From the NCBI GenBank assembly GCA_046331705.1, contig JAXLQJ010000048.1, forward strand, positions 1-57,109: 57,109 nucleotides of DNA, written 5' to 3'. The position numbers were made by a program, and so were the translations under genes. The DNA comes from a bacterium. GTDB taxonomy: Bacteria; JADJOY01. Positions 34,166 through 44,622 of the stretch are shown here, in pieces; position 1 is the stretch's first letter, and every line of letters begins with the position of its first letter. Below the pieces are notes generated by a model. That model was given only the letters and a program-made list of their open reading frames with translations, searched no databases and had not been told where the DNA came from.

Positions 34166-35566
34166 CTACCACGGAGTCGGCCCGCTGATCGGGCTACCCG
34201 TCAACCATCGGAGGAGCTCGCTCAGGTAGGCGAGCACGTGCAGCGTCACCAGGCGCGCCGGCCAGTCCCAGCGCCGCTCACGAAGGACGTCCGCCGCGAG
34301 CAGGAACGGCAGCACCCGGAAGCCGGTGAGGTAGTTCTCGAAGAAGATGGGATAGACGAGAACCCCCGGCAGGCAGCCGAGCGCGAGCACCAGCACCCAG
34401 GACGGATGCCAGTCGCGCCACCGACGCCCACGTCGCGCCAACCAGCTCCCCAGGATGACGTGGGGGAAGAGGTTTGCCGACCCCGGTAGCGCCGCGAGCA
34501 CAGCGAGCACGGCGACGCACCTCGACGATCCACCGCGGATCCACACGACCAGGGCGAGCGATCCGAGGAGCACGATGCCTGCGTCGCCCACGGCCTTCTT
34601 CTTGACGTCCAGAGCGAGCGTGTCGAAGTCCGAGATCTGGAGCACGCCCGGTACGTAGTCGCCCATCGGCTCGCCTTTCGCGCGAGCCGTCTCGATGCGC
34701 GACTGCTGCTCGTTCTTCCACACGACGGCCCACGCCGCGGCGCGATCAGCGAAGAGATTCTCGAGCGTCGGGACGGCGCCGGCGACGGCCAGGGCCACGG
34801 CTCCCAGGTAGAGCCAACCCCTGGCTCGCCGGAACGCGAGGAGCGCCACGCCCGCCACCGCAAGCACACCGCAGGCGATGAACGCGTAGAGATGGACCTG
34901 CACGAGCAGGCCAAGGCTCAGCGGCAGCGCGATCGCGGCGAGGAATCCCGGCAGCGTCCGCCGGGTGCAGAGCGGCACGAGCGCGAGATAGGTCGTCGTG
35001 AGCACGAGCAAGAGCATGAACGGGTAGGCACGAATCTCGACCGTGTGCCACGTGGGTGCGAGGCAGAAGAAGACGAGCGCCAGCGCCGCCGAGACACGCG
35101 GAAGCACCATTCGCCAGAGCATCACCCACACAGCGGCCGACGCGAGCCAGATCGACACCCCGATGCTGCGACCGAGTGTCAGCGCGTGCTCGCCAGGCGC
35201 GAGGAGCGTGGACCACAGCACGTACGGCAGCGGCAGGTGCCACAACACCGCCGCGCGGAGGTACGCCGGCGACGAAAGCCCGAACTCGGCCGCCGACCGC
35301 ACGTACTCGAGATAGAGAAACCGCTCGTCGTCGCTCCCGTCGCTGACGCAGGCGCGAAACACCTGCGCGACCAGGGCCAGCACGCGCAAGCCCAGCGCGA
35401 TGACGAGCGCCGTGCGCAGCCGATCGCGCTCCCAGACGACGGCGCGAACGAGGCCTTGCGTGACGTCGTCGAGGCGTCCGAACCAACGCGCGATCCGCGC
35501 ACGAAAGCGATCCAACCGGCGTGCGTGCCCGGGCGCGCGAGCGAGCTCGTCGAGCGACGCGCTCAC
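34166..35566 (-). CDS. Polytopic membrane protein, possibly a GT-C glycosyltransferase
   Basis: Many TM segments; acidic SDDE in the first loop, WHLPLPY, EIRAYP; start uncertain. Confidence 0.55.
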   Translation of the reverse strand: MSASLDELARAPGHARRLDRFRARIARWFGRLDDVTQGLVRAVVWERDRLRTALVIALGLRVLALVAQVFRACVSDGSDDERFLYLEYVRSAAEFGLSSPAYLRAAVLWHLPLPYVLWSTLLAPGEHALTLGRSIGVSIWLASAAVWVMLWRMVLPRVSAALALVFFCLAPTWHTVEIRAYPFMLLLVLTTTYLALVPLCTRRTLPGFLAAIALPLSLGLLVQVHLYAFIACGVLAVAGVALLAFRRARGWLYLGAVALAVAGAVPTLENLFADRAAAWAVVWKNEQQSRIETARAKGEPMGDYVPGVLQISDFDTLALDVKKKAVGDAGIVLLGSLALVVWIRGGSSRCVAVLAVLAALPGSANLFPHVILGSWLARRGRRWRDWHPSWVLVLALGCLPGVLVYPIFFENYLTGFRVLPFLLAADVLRERRWDWPARLVTLHVLAYLSELLRWLTGSPISGPTPW

Positions 35567-35657
35567 GGGCTCCCCGCCGGTGCCGCGCGACGCCCCACCC
35601 CGGCCCAAGGGCGTGAGGCACGAGAACCCACTCGCTCGCGCTGCGGTTCCGACGCCG

Positions 35658-36698
35658 TCATCGCGGGTCCTCCCCAGCGGGTGGATGCACGAGGCGCGCT
35701 CCGGCGATGGCGGCTTCACCGCCCGAATGCGCCGGGAGGTACTTCGCCAGCTGCGCCGCGAGCACACGCCCGGCGAGCTCGTGCCCGCGCCTGTCCGGAT
35801 GCTCGGGTCCACACTCCGAGGTCAGCCCGGCGGGGCTCGCCGCGAAATGGGGGCGCAGGTCGAGCGTATCGAATCCTCGATCCCGCGCGAGCTGCAGCGC
35901 GAGATCGTGATGTCGCGCGGACAAGGCGTCCGTGCCGTGCACGTCGAAGCGAGGGAAAACCGCGACGACCACACGAAAGCCGTGCTCTGCGGCGAGCGCG
36001 TGCAAACGGTCGAAGCCGAGCTCCGGGCGCGGATCACCGTGCTCGACGAACGGCAGACGCGCGGCGAGAAGGCGCACCAACGCGCTCCGGTCGATCGCCG
36101 CACGGACGACGGGCCGCGAGTAGCGCCGCAAGAGTGGCCAGCCCTGCTGCTCGCGGAAGCTCTCGATCTCCCTGGCGGCCTCGCCGAAGTCGTTGAGCGA
36201 GAACGCCACGACCACCACGTCGGGACCGAGGCGTAACCCCTTCTCCACGAAGAACGCGACTTCCTGCTCGGTGTCGTAGCCGGAAACGCCGAGGTTCACG
36301 ATGTCGACCGTGCAGGGCGCTCCCGTCACGCACCCGAGCTCCCGGCTCGCGACCTCGGTGAAGCGTTCGCCGATGGGGAACGGCTCTTGCCCTGAATCGC
36401 AATATCCGTAGGCCACCGAGTCGCCGATCACGACGACGCGAACCACGCCGGGTGGCTTCGTGGCGCTCCGTTCTCGGTCGCGGTATCCGCTGGCATTGAT
36501 GTCGTGGTGGCCGGGGTTCGGTACGTAGCGAAGCGCCCGGTTCGGGCTCGACACGAACGCTCCCCAGGCGGTGTCGAGCTCGATGACCGCAACCTGCGGT
36601 GCGACGCCGGTCGCGCGCACGAGCACTTCCGCGAGCGCCATCGTCGCCACCACGATCACCAACCAACCGATGGCACGGGTTGCGATGCGAACCTGCAT
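35658..36698 (-). CDS. SGNH/GDSL hydrolase, N-terminally anchored
   Basis: IGDSVAYG, NLGVSGY, FSLND, EHPDRRGH. Confidence 0.85.
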   Translation of the reverse strand: MQVRIATRAIGWLVIVVATMALAEVLVRATGVAPQVAVIELDTAWGAFVSSPNRALRYVPNPGHHDINASGYRDRERSATKPPGVVRVVVIGDSVAYGYCDSGQEPFPIGERFTEVASRELGCVTGAPCTVDIVNLGVSGYDTEQEVAFFVEKGLRLGPDVVVVAFSLNDFGEAAREIESFREQQGWPLLRRYSRPVVRAAIDRSALVRLLAARLPFVEHGDPRPELGFDRLHALAAEHGFRVVVAVFPRFDVHGTDALSARHHDLALQLARDRGFDTLDLRPHFAASPAGLTSECGPEHPDRRGHELAGRVLAAQLAKYLPAHSGGEAAIAGARLVHPPAGEDPR

Positions 36699-36795
36699 GC
36701 GGAGCCCGACGAATCTTAGCGAGGGTCCCCGAGACACGCGAGCAGGTTCGCCGGGGCGCCGAACCGGACAAGCGCGCGTGCCGCGGCGCGGGCGA

Positions 36796-37440
36796 CTACG
36801 TCAGATCCGCGAGAAGACGCGGCTTCACGATGCGGGTCCACAGGTGATAGCCGGCCGCGTTCATGTGCAAGCCGTCCCAGCGGTAGAGCTCGCGGCGTGG
36901 ACGGCCGCGGCTGTCGAGCATCGGTGTCGCGACGTCGAGGTACGCGACGTTCGACATCTCGGCGGCGATCCGGGCGATGCCCTCGTTGGTGCGGGCCATG
37001 CGCGGCCATTGCTTCGCGCGCAACGGCGATGGCTTGATCGAGAGCAGGTAGATCGGCAGGGACGCGCCCAGGCGCTTGCGAAGCGACGTCACGAACGCCT
37101 CGAAGTCGGCCACCACGCTGCGGGTGGAGCGCGGGCTCAGCCGCCCCAGGTCGTTGTCGCCGGCGTACATCACCACCGCGCGTGGCTGCGTCGGAAAGAG
37201 GATTCGCTCGGCGTAGTGGGTCACGTGGGCCGCGTGGGCACCACCGAAGCCGCGGTTCACCACGGCGAGCGGCCACATGTCCTCCTCGAGCGTCGACCAG
37301 AACCGGATGCTCGAGCTGCCGGTGAAGACGATGCGTCCAGGCTCGGTGCGAACGGCGCGCTCGCGGCGCTCGAACGCACGGATCTCCCGCTCCCACATCT
37401 GAGGGCGCGCGATCCACCAACCGAGACGTTTCCAGACCAT
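36796..37440 (-). CDS. SGNH/GDSL lipase/esterase
   Basis: FTGSSSIRFW, NRGFGG, YAGDND, DGLHMN. Confidence 0.9.
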   Translation of the reverse strand: MVWKRLGWWIARPQMWEREIRAFERRERAVRTEPGRIVFTGSSSIRFWSTLEEDMWPLAVVNRGFGGAHAAHVTHYAERILFPTQPRAVVMYAGDNDLGRLSPRSTRSVVADFEAFVTSLRKRLGASLPIYLLSIKPSPLRAKQWPRMARTNEGIARIAAEMSNVAYLDVATPMLDSRGRPRRELYRWDGLHMNAAGYHLWTRIVKPRLLADLT

Positions 37441-37573
37441 CGAGCCGAAATCTGGCGCAAGCCGACCGCGCGCGGAAGGTGGCGAGCGCGCGCAATCGAG
37501 GAGTGACCGGACGGACCAGGACCTGCTCGCCCTCCGCGATCCCGCGAAAGCGAGGGCGGCCGTGAAGCCGGAT

Positions 37574-39631
37574 CTACACCGAGGGCCCGTCCGTATCGTC
37601 GTCCGGGCTCGCATCGAATCCGAGCGCCGCCTCGACCCGCTCGGCGAGCAGTGCCAGCTCGCCCAACGCGCGAACGTGGAATCCGTGCATTCGCAGGCGG
37701 GCATCGCGTGTCTCGCGAGCGATCGCCATCACGTCGTCGACGGGTGGGATCGAAGGCACCACGCGCTCGCCGAGCGAGGCGGATGGGCCGCGCCCGTCGT
37801 CGAGGACTGGCACGCTGGCGAGCCGTTCCTGAAGCTGGCGAAGTTGGATCTGCGTCGCGCTGACGCGCGCGACGAGCAGCGTCGTGAGCGCCGTGTTCCC
37901 CGCCTGCACCCCCGCGATGTGCCGGGCGAAGTAGTCGGCCGCGGCGCCGAGCGCCCGACTCAGCTCGCGTTGATCGTCCAGCGCCGCGACCACCCTGCGG
38001 AGGTACGTCGCACGGTCGATGACGCTTCCCGCATCGCTCGCCAGCCGCGCGGCGATGTCCGGGAACGCGAGCGCATCCAGTGCCGCGTGAATGCGCGTGC
38101 ACGCTCGCTCACGAGACTCGGCAGACGAACGAAGACTCGCCTCGCCGCCACCTGCGGTCGCAGCGCCGCTCGCGAGCGCAACCGCGGCGCGCGCCGAAGC
38201 GAGCGCGCGAACCGCGTCGCCGGCGCTCGCCGGCGGCGACGGCCGGCCTCCGTCGAGCATCCCGAGCTCGCCACCGTCGTCGGGGTCGCCGAAGAAGCGC
38301 CCGAACGCCGCGAGGGCGTGCTCGGCGAGCGCACGACGTTCGTCGAGATGCTCGCGGGAGACGAGGTGATCGAGGCGAATCTCCTGGCCGAGCTCGGCGC
38401 GGTAGAGCACGAGGCTCGCGGTGCGGGCGAGCGCATCGAAGTCGCGAAAGAGTGCCGTCCCTGGCAGCGCGCTGCTCACCACTCCATCCCGGGACGCCCG
38501 CCGAGCCTGGCGAATGCGCTCGCCGGGGCTGGGATGCGTATCCAACCAGCGGGACTTGCCACTCAGCACTTGCTTGCGCACCGCTTGGATCTCGCCCTTC
38601 TCGAGTCGAGCCGCGCGATCGGCGACCAGCCGGGGCAGGTTGTCGGCGAGCTTTCGGCTCGCCCAGGCGCTGGCGAGCATCGCGCGCGCATCGGCGAAGC
38701 CTCGGCGCAACAGGTGGAGCCGCACCAACGCTCGCTCGAACCCAGCGCTACCCGCGATCTCCACCTCGTAACGATCGGCGTCTCGCTCCATCTCGCGCAC
38801 GAAGCCGACGCTGGCCGCGTGGCCGAGCACGACGAACACGGCGCACACCGCGCGCGCCATCCCGATGGTGAGCCGAGTCAGCAGCAACGCGAGGGTCACG
38901 GTCGTCGAGCCGCGCTGCGCGAGCGCGGTACGCGCGAGCGCCTCGTCCCAGCCATCGCGCTCGAACGCCATCCGCGCGAACCACAGGCTCACGCCGCGCA
39001 CCAACGTCATCAAGCGCAATCCCGCGCCTTGCGAGAAGTGACCGAGCTCGTGCGCCAGGACACCGGTGAGCTCGCGAAGATCGAGTCCCGCCGCGAGCGG
39101 CAGACCGATGGTGAGCACGAGCTGGCGGCCGAGCCGCAGCGCGCCACCGCTGCGCAGGCTCGCGAACGCGTTCACGTCACACGTGACCTGGATCGAGTGC
39201 GGAAGCGGCGCGCCCACGTAGCGGGCCAGCTGCTCGACGTACGCGTAGAGCACCGGCTCCTGCGCGCGGCTCAGGCGATGCCCGCGGCTCCGGGCGGGCG
39301 GCGGCGCGAAGAGTGGCTTGAGCAAGAGGAGCGCGAGCACCAGCCCCGCGATCACCGGACCGACGTACGCAACGATCGAAAGCTCGAACGCCCAGATGTC
39401 CAGTCGATCGAACGAAAGCCAGTCGACGTGTTCCCCGAGGTGCCAAGCGACGCCGACCACGACCGCGACGATGAGCGCGAGGTATGCCGCCACCAGCGTC
39501 AGCAGCACTCCCGCGACCACGACGAGCCCGAGCCGATAGGCGAGCGAGAGACGGATGGGCGACATGCGACCCGCGAGCTGCCGGATCACGTCGGCAACCG
39601 GCGAGGTCGCGATCAGTCCCGTCGTCGTCAT
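37574..39631 (-). CDS. M48 (HtpX-like) membrane zinc metallopeptidase with C-terminal extension
   Basis: VNAFA, LAHELGHF, EMERDAD, THPSPGERI. Confidence 0.88.
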   Translation of the reverse strand: MTTTGLIATSPVADVIRQLAGRMSPIRLSLAYRLGLVVVAGVLLTLVAAYLALIVAVVVGVAWHLGEHVDWLSFDRLDIWAFELSIVAYVGPVIAGLVLALLLLKPLFAPPPARSRGHRLSRAQEPVLYAYVEQLARYVGAPLPHSIQVTCDVNAFASLRSGGALRLGRQLVLTIGLPLAAGLDLRELTGVLAHELGHFSQGAGLRLMTLVRGVSLWFARMAFERDGWDEALARTALAQRGSTTVTLALLLTRLTIGMARAVCAVFVVLGHAASVGFVREMERDADRYEVEIAGSAGFERALVRLHLLRRGFADARAMLASAWASRKLADNLPRLVADRAARLEKGEIQAVRKQVLSGKSRWLDTHPSPGERIRQARRASRDGVVSSALPGTALFRDFDALARTASLVLYRAELGQEIRLDHLVSREHLDERRALAEHALAAFGRFFGDPDDGGELGMLDGGRPSPPASAGDAVRALASARAAVALASGAATAGGGEASLRSSAESRERACTRIHAALDALAFPDIAARLASDAGSVIDRATYLRRVVAALDDQRELSRALGAAADYFARHIAGVQAGNTALTTLLVARVSATQIQLRQLQERLASVPVLDDGRGPSASLGERVVPSIPPVDDVMAIARETRDARLRMHGFHVRALGELALLAERVEAALGFDASPDDDTDGPSV

Positions 39632-40098
39632 GTCGAGCGATCTCGGCCGAGCGCTGCGGCGCGGGAATCTGGCCCAAGCGGCGCGCCGGTGGAAGATGAC
39701 GAGCGCGTGCGACGCACGGCCAACCCAAGCGCCGAGCCCAGCTCGGCTTCCCGGAACCACGCGCAACGGCGGGCGGACGTGAGGCGCCCTGCACCGGCTT
39801 GGTCCTATCGCTCCCGCCGAGGCTCAGCGGTAGGTCGTCCTGCACGTCGTCGACTGCGAGGATCACTCCAGCGCAGAGATCCGTGCAGCTTCGCCCATTC
39901 CGATCGACTCGATGAAAGCCGACCGTCGGCCGCACGCAGGCGGAGATCGAGCCGTCACTCGCGCTGCGTGAACAGCAGCAGGGGGGACGCGCGAAGGGAT
40001 GCGTCACGCCGGCGCGTGCTTGGTGGCGCGCGGACGGCGCGGAGGTTCACTCCCGCCGATCGTCGTCCTGCCCCCTCACGCTTGCGCCGGCGGAGCAC

Positions 40099-40536
40099 TC
40101 AGTCGCTGGGCCAGTGGTCGTGACGGCGGCGGCGCTCGGAGCGGTAGTTCGTGACTTCGAGGCGCAACCCGTCGGGATCGCGGAAGAACGTGGCCACGTA
40201 GTCGAGTGCGTATTCGGGAAAGACGCGCGGCTCGCTGGCGTCGATGCCCGCGGCGCGCAGATCGTCGGCGACGCGCCGCACGTCGTCCGCGCTCTCCACC
40301 CGCAGGCACAGATGGTGCAATCCGGGTGCATACGGATCGTGCGCGGCCACCACGCGCGCGGGACGGATCACGATGCCGAAATGGCGATTGAAGTACTGGA
40401 CGTGGCGCTCGCCGTCGATCGGAAACTCGTTCTTCCGGAAGTCGAGCGCCGCGAACACGCGATCGTAGAACGCCTCCGAGCGGGTCAGGTCCGCCACGGT
40501 GACGTAGACGTGGTCGAGGCCGAGGACGTCGGTCAC
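40099..40536 (-). CDS. VOC/glyoxalase family protein
   Basis: LDHVYVTVADLTRSEAFY, GLHHLC, FFRDPDGLRLEV; GTG overlaps the upstream stop. Confidence 0.9.
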   Translation of the reverse strand: MTDVLGLDHVYVTVADLTRSEAFYDRVFAALDFRKNEFPIDGERHVQYFNRHFGIVIRPARVVAAHDPYAPGLHHLCLRVESADDVRRVADDLRAAGIDASEPRVFPEYALDYVATFFRDPDGLRLEVTNYRSERRRRHDHWPSD

Positions 40537-42086
40537 AGCGTCTTCAGGTATTCGATGACGGCGCGCCGCTCGTTCGACGTGAGGCGATCTCCGAACGTGT
40601 GCCCCGCGTTCGACTGGCTCCAGTACGTCGTGTCGTAGACGTGCTTGCGCTCGCCATCGGGAGCGTCCGCCTGGCCGTACGGCACCTCCACCCACGGCCA
40701 GCCCAGCGCGTCCTCGTCGAAGTGCGTGCTGTCGTAGTCGACGCGCTTCCAATGTCTCGGGCGCGCTTCGCTGTTCAGCACCAGCTCGACGGTCGGCACG
40801 GAACCGTTGTGGAAATAGGGCGCCGTCGCCCAGATGCCGTCGAGCGGTGGCGCCATGTAGCCCGGAAACGGATCGGCGGGGGTCATGCGCGTGATGCGGC
40901 CGTAGAACGAGCCGTTGTACCACTCGACCAGCTCGGGGGCGTGGATCACGCCGGCGTTCGCCACCACCGGATCGGTGCCGATCACGTCGAGCGGAAAGAG
41001 CAGGTTGGGATAGGTGTCGCTCGCGTCGTCGTCGGGATCGGCGGCGTACGTGCCGTGGCAGTTGGCGCAGCGCGCCAAGAAGACCGCCCTGCCCTGCCCG
41101 GCCAGATCGCGGTCGATGCCGCGGGTGTAGTGCGGCGCGAGCAGCGTGCCGATGTAGGTCTGCATGTCCTTGAACATCCCGTCGACGCGGCGCGCTTGCT
41201 CCACGTCGTCGACGCACACCGAGGTGGCGAGCGCCATCGTGCCGCGGTGATCGCCGCGCGCCATGCCGTTGTAGAAGAGCGCGTTCTTCTTGTGCGCGCG
41301 CCACCACGGCGGCGGATCGGACGTGACGCGGGCGTCGTCGAGCGACATGCGGTTGCCGTGCTCGTCTCGCGGCTCGAGCGGCGCCCGGAGCTCGTCGCTC
41401 CACGCGAGCGTGTCGCGGTCGTGGTGCGCCATGAGCACCACGGCGACGATCTCGGCGGGGTTGTTCCCGACGGTGCGCATGCGCGTCTGGGTGAGCGCCC
41501 GCGATGCGCTGAGCATCCGCTGCAGGTTGGCTTTCTCGGCGTCGCTCAGCCCCAGCAAGTCGAGCAGGCTGTCGGGGAGGTCGAGGGCGGGCAGCGTGTT
41601 GGTCCAATCGGCGGCGGCGTTGCCGAGCCCCACGTAGAGGTTCCCGTCGAACTCGCCACCGTGGCAGGTGAGGCAATTCGAGTTCACGACCTCGGCGCCG
41701 TTGGGCGCCGTGAACGCGTTCATGGAGTACGGCATGCGGCGGTTGTGCCCCTCACGCCCTTCGATCGTCTTGCCGCTGCCAAAGCTGCCGAGAAACGGCG
41801 CGAGCAGCGGATTGCCGACGATCTTGTACGGGATGCCGCAGGTCATGTAGCCGCCGTTGAGCAGCATCGCGCGCCCTGCGGCGGGGTCGCCGGGATCTTG
41901 CGGCTCGGCCGGCAAGACCACGCTGCCGTATGGCCCGCGCTCACCGCGCCACGGTGCGGCGCCATCCGACGAGCCGCACGCGGCGAGGGTCACGAGTGCG
42001 AGTGCGAGCTGCGTGAGCGAGAGCGAGCCACGCAGGCGGCGTTCGCGCGGCGCGCACCGAAGGTCGAAGCGTGTGGTTGGCTTCAT
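40533..42086 (-). CDS. Diheme c lipoprotein, RoxA/RoxB (rubber oxygenase)-like
   Basis: Lipobox LAAC; CLTCH and CANCH; APPLDGIWATAPYFHNGSVPT; NAGHTFG...IEYLKTL. Confidence 0.75.
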   Translation of the reverse strand: MKPTTRFDLRCAPRERRLRGSLSLTQLALALVTLAACGSSDGAAPWRGERGPYGSVVLPAEPQDPGDPAAGRAMLLNGGYMTCGIPYKIVGNPLLAPFLGSFGSGKTIEGREGHNRRMPYSMNAFTAPNGAEVVNSNCLTCHGGEFDGNLYVGLGNAAADWTNTLPALDLPDSLLDLLGLSDAEKANLQRMLSASRALTQTRMRTVGNNPAEIVAVVLMAHHDRDTLAWSDELRAPLEPRDEHGNRMSLDDARVTSDPPPWWRAHKKNALFYNGMARGDHRGTMALATSVCVDDVEQARRVDGMFKDMQTYIGTLLAPHYTRGIDRDLAGQGRAVFLARCANCHGTYAADPDDDASDTYPNLLFPLDVIGTDPVVANAGVIHAPELVEWYNGSFYGRITRMTPADPFPGYMAPPLDGIWATAPYFHNGSVPTVELVLNSEARPRHWKRVDYDSTHFDEDALGWPWVEVPYGQADAPDGERKHVYDTTYWSQSNAGHTFGDRLTSNERRAVIEYLKTL

Positions 42087-42258
42087 GCTGCACCTGGGCT
42101 ACCTGCCCACCGGTAGGTTCGAGGTGCGCGGATCGTACACCAGCGTGGTTGCGCGCGCTTCCCGACAGGATCCCGACAGAAATCCGGTCTCGACAGCGCG
42201 ACGAGCCGGCGCGACGACGGCGCGTGGGGGACGGACGCGGCGGGCCGCGTCGCCCGGA

Positions 42259-43737
42259 TCAGTCCGCGGCCGCGGGTGCGGCGGCGTCCAGAAAGCCGGC
42301 GCGCACGGCCTCCATGAGCGCGTTGTGGCCCTGGGCGGGCAGATAACCGTAGTTCACGGTCCACACGATCGCGCCGCCGAGCCCTTGCGTCCTCGCCCAG
42401 GCTCCTTTCGCCGCGATCGAGTCCGCATCCTCGTAGCTCAGGTACGTGATCGGCGTGTTGCCCCAGCGCATCCACGCCGGCGCGTAGCTCACGTAGCGCT
42501 GCTTCGCGACGTCGTCCCAGTGGACGGTGCCGCTGGCCTGCGCGAACGCGCCGTCCTCCACCAATCGCACGTAGTTGTTCTCCCAGTCGCCCGATTGCGC
42601 CCAGGAGCTCGCGCCGATCGGCTGCCGCGGACCGGTCACGCCGTTCGTGTAGTAGAGGCCGTAGAGCCCGATGCCGATGCCGAGCTTGGCCGCCGGCACT
42701 CCCGCCGCCTCGTATTCGGCGATGCTCGCCTGAACCGAGGTGGGATAGGTCGGCCCGGCACCGAAGAGCGCCGAGTGGTGCCACGAGCTCCAGCCCGGCC
42801 ACGTGTCGGCCATGCCGTAGGTCATCAGGTTGTACTGGTCGACGAGCGACGCCACCTGCACGTGCCACGGCGTCACGGTGGCGTAGTTGATGTTCGTCCA
42901 GAACGCCGGCCACGTGAGCACGAAGGGTTGGTTGGGCGGCTGGTAGCGCTCCTCACGCCCAGCCGCGGCGCGCAGCTCGGTGAGCAACGCGACCACCTGC
43001 GATCGCTGCGCGGCGGTGTCGAGATGCTCCTCCCAGTCCACGTCGACGCCGTCGTAGTTCTTGGCCACCGCCTTGGCGATGATGCGCTCGACGAAGGTCG
43101 CGCGCACCGATGCGTTGGCCGTCGAGACATCGAAGCCCGCCCCCTCACCCGCGCCGCCCACCACCAGCAGCGCCTTCGCTCCGTTCGCGTGAGCGCGCGC
43201 GATCAGCGGGTCCTCGACGTAGGCGTGGCCGGTCCCCGCGCCTTCGACGAGCTGCCCCGCGGTTCCGCCCAGCGTGCCGCCACCCGGCGCGTAGCGAGCG
43301 AACGCGAGATGCGTGAGCGTGCTCATGTCGACGGCGTCCACCGCGACGTCGGGATCGGATCCGGTCCAATCCCAGAAGTAGCCCGCGTAATAGCCCGTCA
43401 CCCACAGACCCGAGCGCGGCGATCCCGTCACGGTCACGACCACCGATCGGCTCGTCGCGGTGCCGGCGTTGTCGCAGCGCAGCGTGTAGGTGGTCGTGAC
43501 GGTGGGCGAGACCGACTGGCTGCCTTGGATCGGCTTGGCGCCGCTCCAGCCGTCGAGCGCCGTGCACGAGCCCGCCCGCGCTTCCCACGCGAGCAAGGTC
43601 GATTCCCCGACGGCGATCGTCGCCGGAGTCGCGGTGAACGAGACGATCTCGGGCGGGATGCAGGCGGCGAGAAACGCGAGCGTCAGCAGCGCGCTGCGCC
43701 CACCACGGCCATGGATGGAACGGACGAGAACGGACAC
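42259..43737 (-). CDS. Glycoside hydrolase family 18 (chitinase-like) lipoprotein
   Basis: Lipobox LAAC, Ig-like segment, YDGVDVDWE (DxDxE), LMTY, LGGAIVW. Confidence 0.9.
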   Translation of the reverse strand: MSVLVRSIHGRGGRSALLTLAFLAACIPPEIVSFTATPATIAVGESTLLAWEARAGSCTALDGWSGAKPIQGSQSVSPTVTTTYTLRCDNAGTATSRSVVVTVTGSPRSGLWVTGYYAGYFWDWTGSDPDVAVDAVDMSTLTHLAFARYAPGGGTLGGTAGQLVEGAGTGHAYVEDPLIARAHANGAKALLVVGGAGEGAGFDVSTANASVRATFVERIIAKAVAKNYDGVDVDWEEHLDTAAQRSQVVALLTELRAAAGREERYQPPNQPFVLTWPAFWTNINYATVTPWHVQVASLVDQYNLMTYGMADTWPGWSSWHHSALFGAGPTYPTSVQASIAEYEAAGVPAAKLGIGIGLYGLYYTNGVTGPRQPIGASSWAQSGDWENNYVRLVEDGAFAQASGTVHWDDVAKQRYVSYAPAWMRWGNTPITYLSYEDADSIAAKGAWARTQGLGGAIVWTVNYGYLPAQGHNALMEAVRAGFLDAAAPAAAD

Positions 43738-43911
43738 GGGCTTCGCCTCCTCCCGACCCCTCGGTCATCGGCGACTGGATCGGCGATCGTCGTCGCTCCC
43801 CCCGTGGCCATCATCCTAGATCGATCTCGGCTCGAGCGGTGCAACGGTTTTTCGCCCGGGACGCGGCCGGTGGGTCCCGGCGTCGACGCGGACTCGGTGA
43901 GCGCGCGCGGA

Positions 43912-44622
43912 TCAGGTCGTGCCGTCGTGCTCGTCGGGCACCGGGCGCGTGAAGCCCAGGAGCTTGAGCGCGCCGGACGCTGCGTGACGCAGCAACCGAT
44001 AGAGCGGATCCTCACGGGGACGCTCCGCCGGCACGAGATTCCACGGAACCTCGGGCAGCGGCGCGTCGATCACCACCTCGTGCCCTTCCACGTGCTCCGT
44101 CCAGCGTGGGAAGAGCTCGTGGAAGAGCGTGAGCGCGTCGTGATTCTCGGCGAGCGCCCAGCAACGAAACGCGCGCACCTTGCGCTCGCGCGCGGCCGCG
44201 ATGAGCCGGAGCAAGAGCAGGCAGCCCAGGCCCTTCCCCTGCATCTCGTCGAGCACCGTCACCGCGGCTTCGGCCACGTCCGGCTCGCCCTCGAGGCGAA
44301 TGAAGCGCGCCACGCCGAGGCCTTGCTCGGCACCATCGGCGCCGATCGTGGAAGCGCCGATGGCGAAGTGGTTCTCACCGTCGACGTCGGTCAGATAGCG
44401 CGCCTCGGCACCGGTGAGACGGGGCTTGGCGGTGAAGAAGCGGTAGTAGCGGGAGCGATCCGAGAGGCGCTCGAATCCCCGCTCGAGGAGCGAGCGATCG
44501 TCCGCCCGCACCAGGCGCATGGTCACCGCGGTGCCGTCGCGCAGCGTCGCTGGCTCGCGGTAGTGCTCGTCGAATCGTCGCTCGCTCACGTCCGATCCGG
44601 GCGCCTGCGCGATCTCGCTCAC
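43912..44622 (-). CDS. GNAT N-acetyltransferase
   Basis: LRDG, LSDRSRYYRFF, GVARF, AEAAVTVLDEMQGKGLG; GTG overlaps the radical SAM stop. Confidence 0.85.
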   Translation of the reverse strand: MSEIAQAPGSDVSERRFDEHYREPATLRDGTAVTMRLVRADDRSLLERGFERLSDRSRYYRFFTAKPRLTGAEARYLTDVDGENHFAIGASTIGADGAEQGLGVARFIRLEGEPDVAEAAVTVLDEMQGKGLGCLLLLRLIAAARERKVRAFRCWALAENHDALTLFHELFPRWTEHVEGHEVVIDAPLPEVPWNLVPAERPREDPLYRLLRHAASGALKLLGFTRPVPDEHDGTT

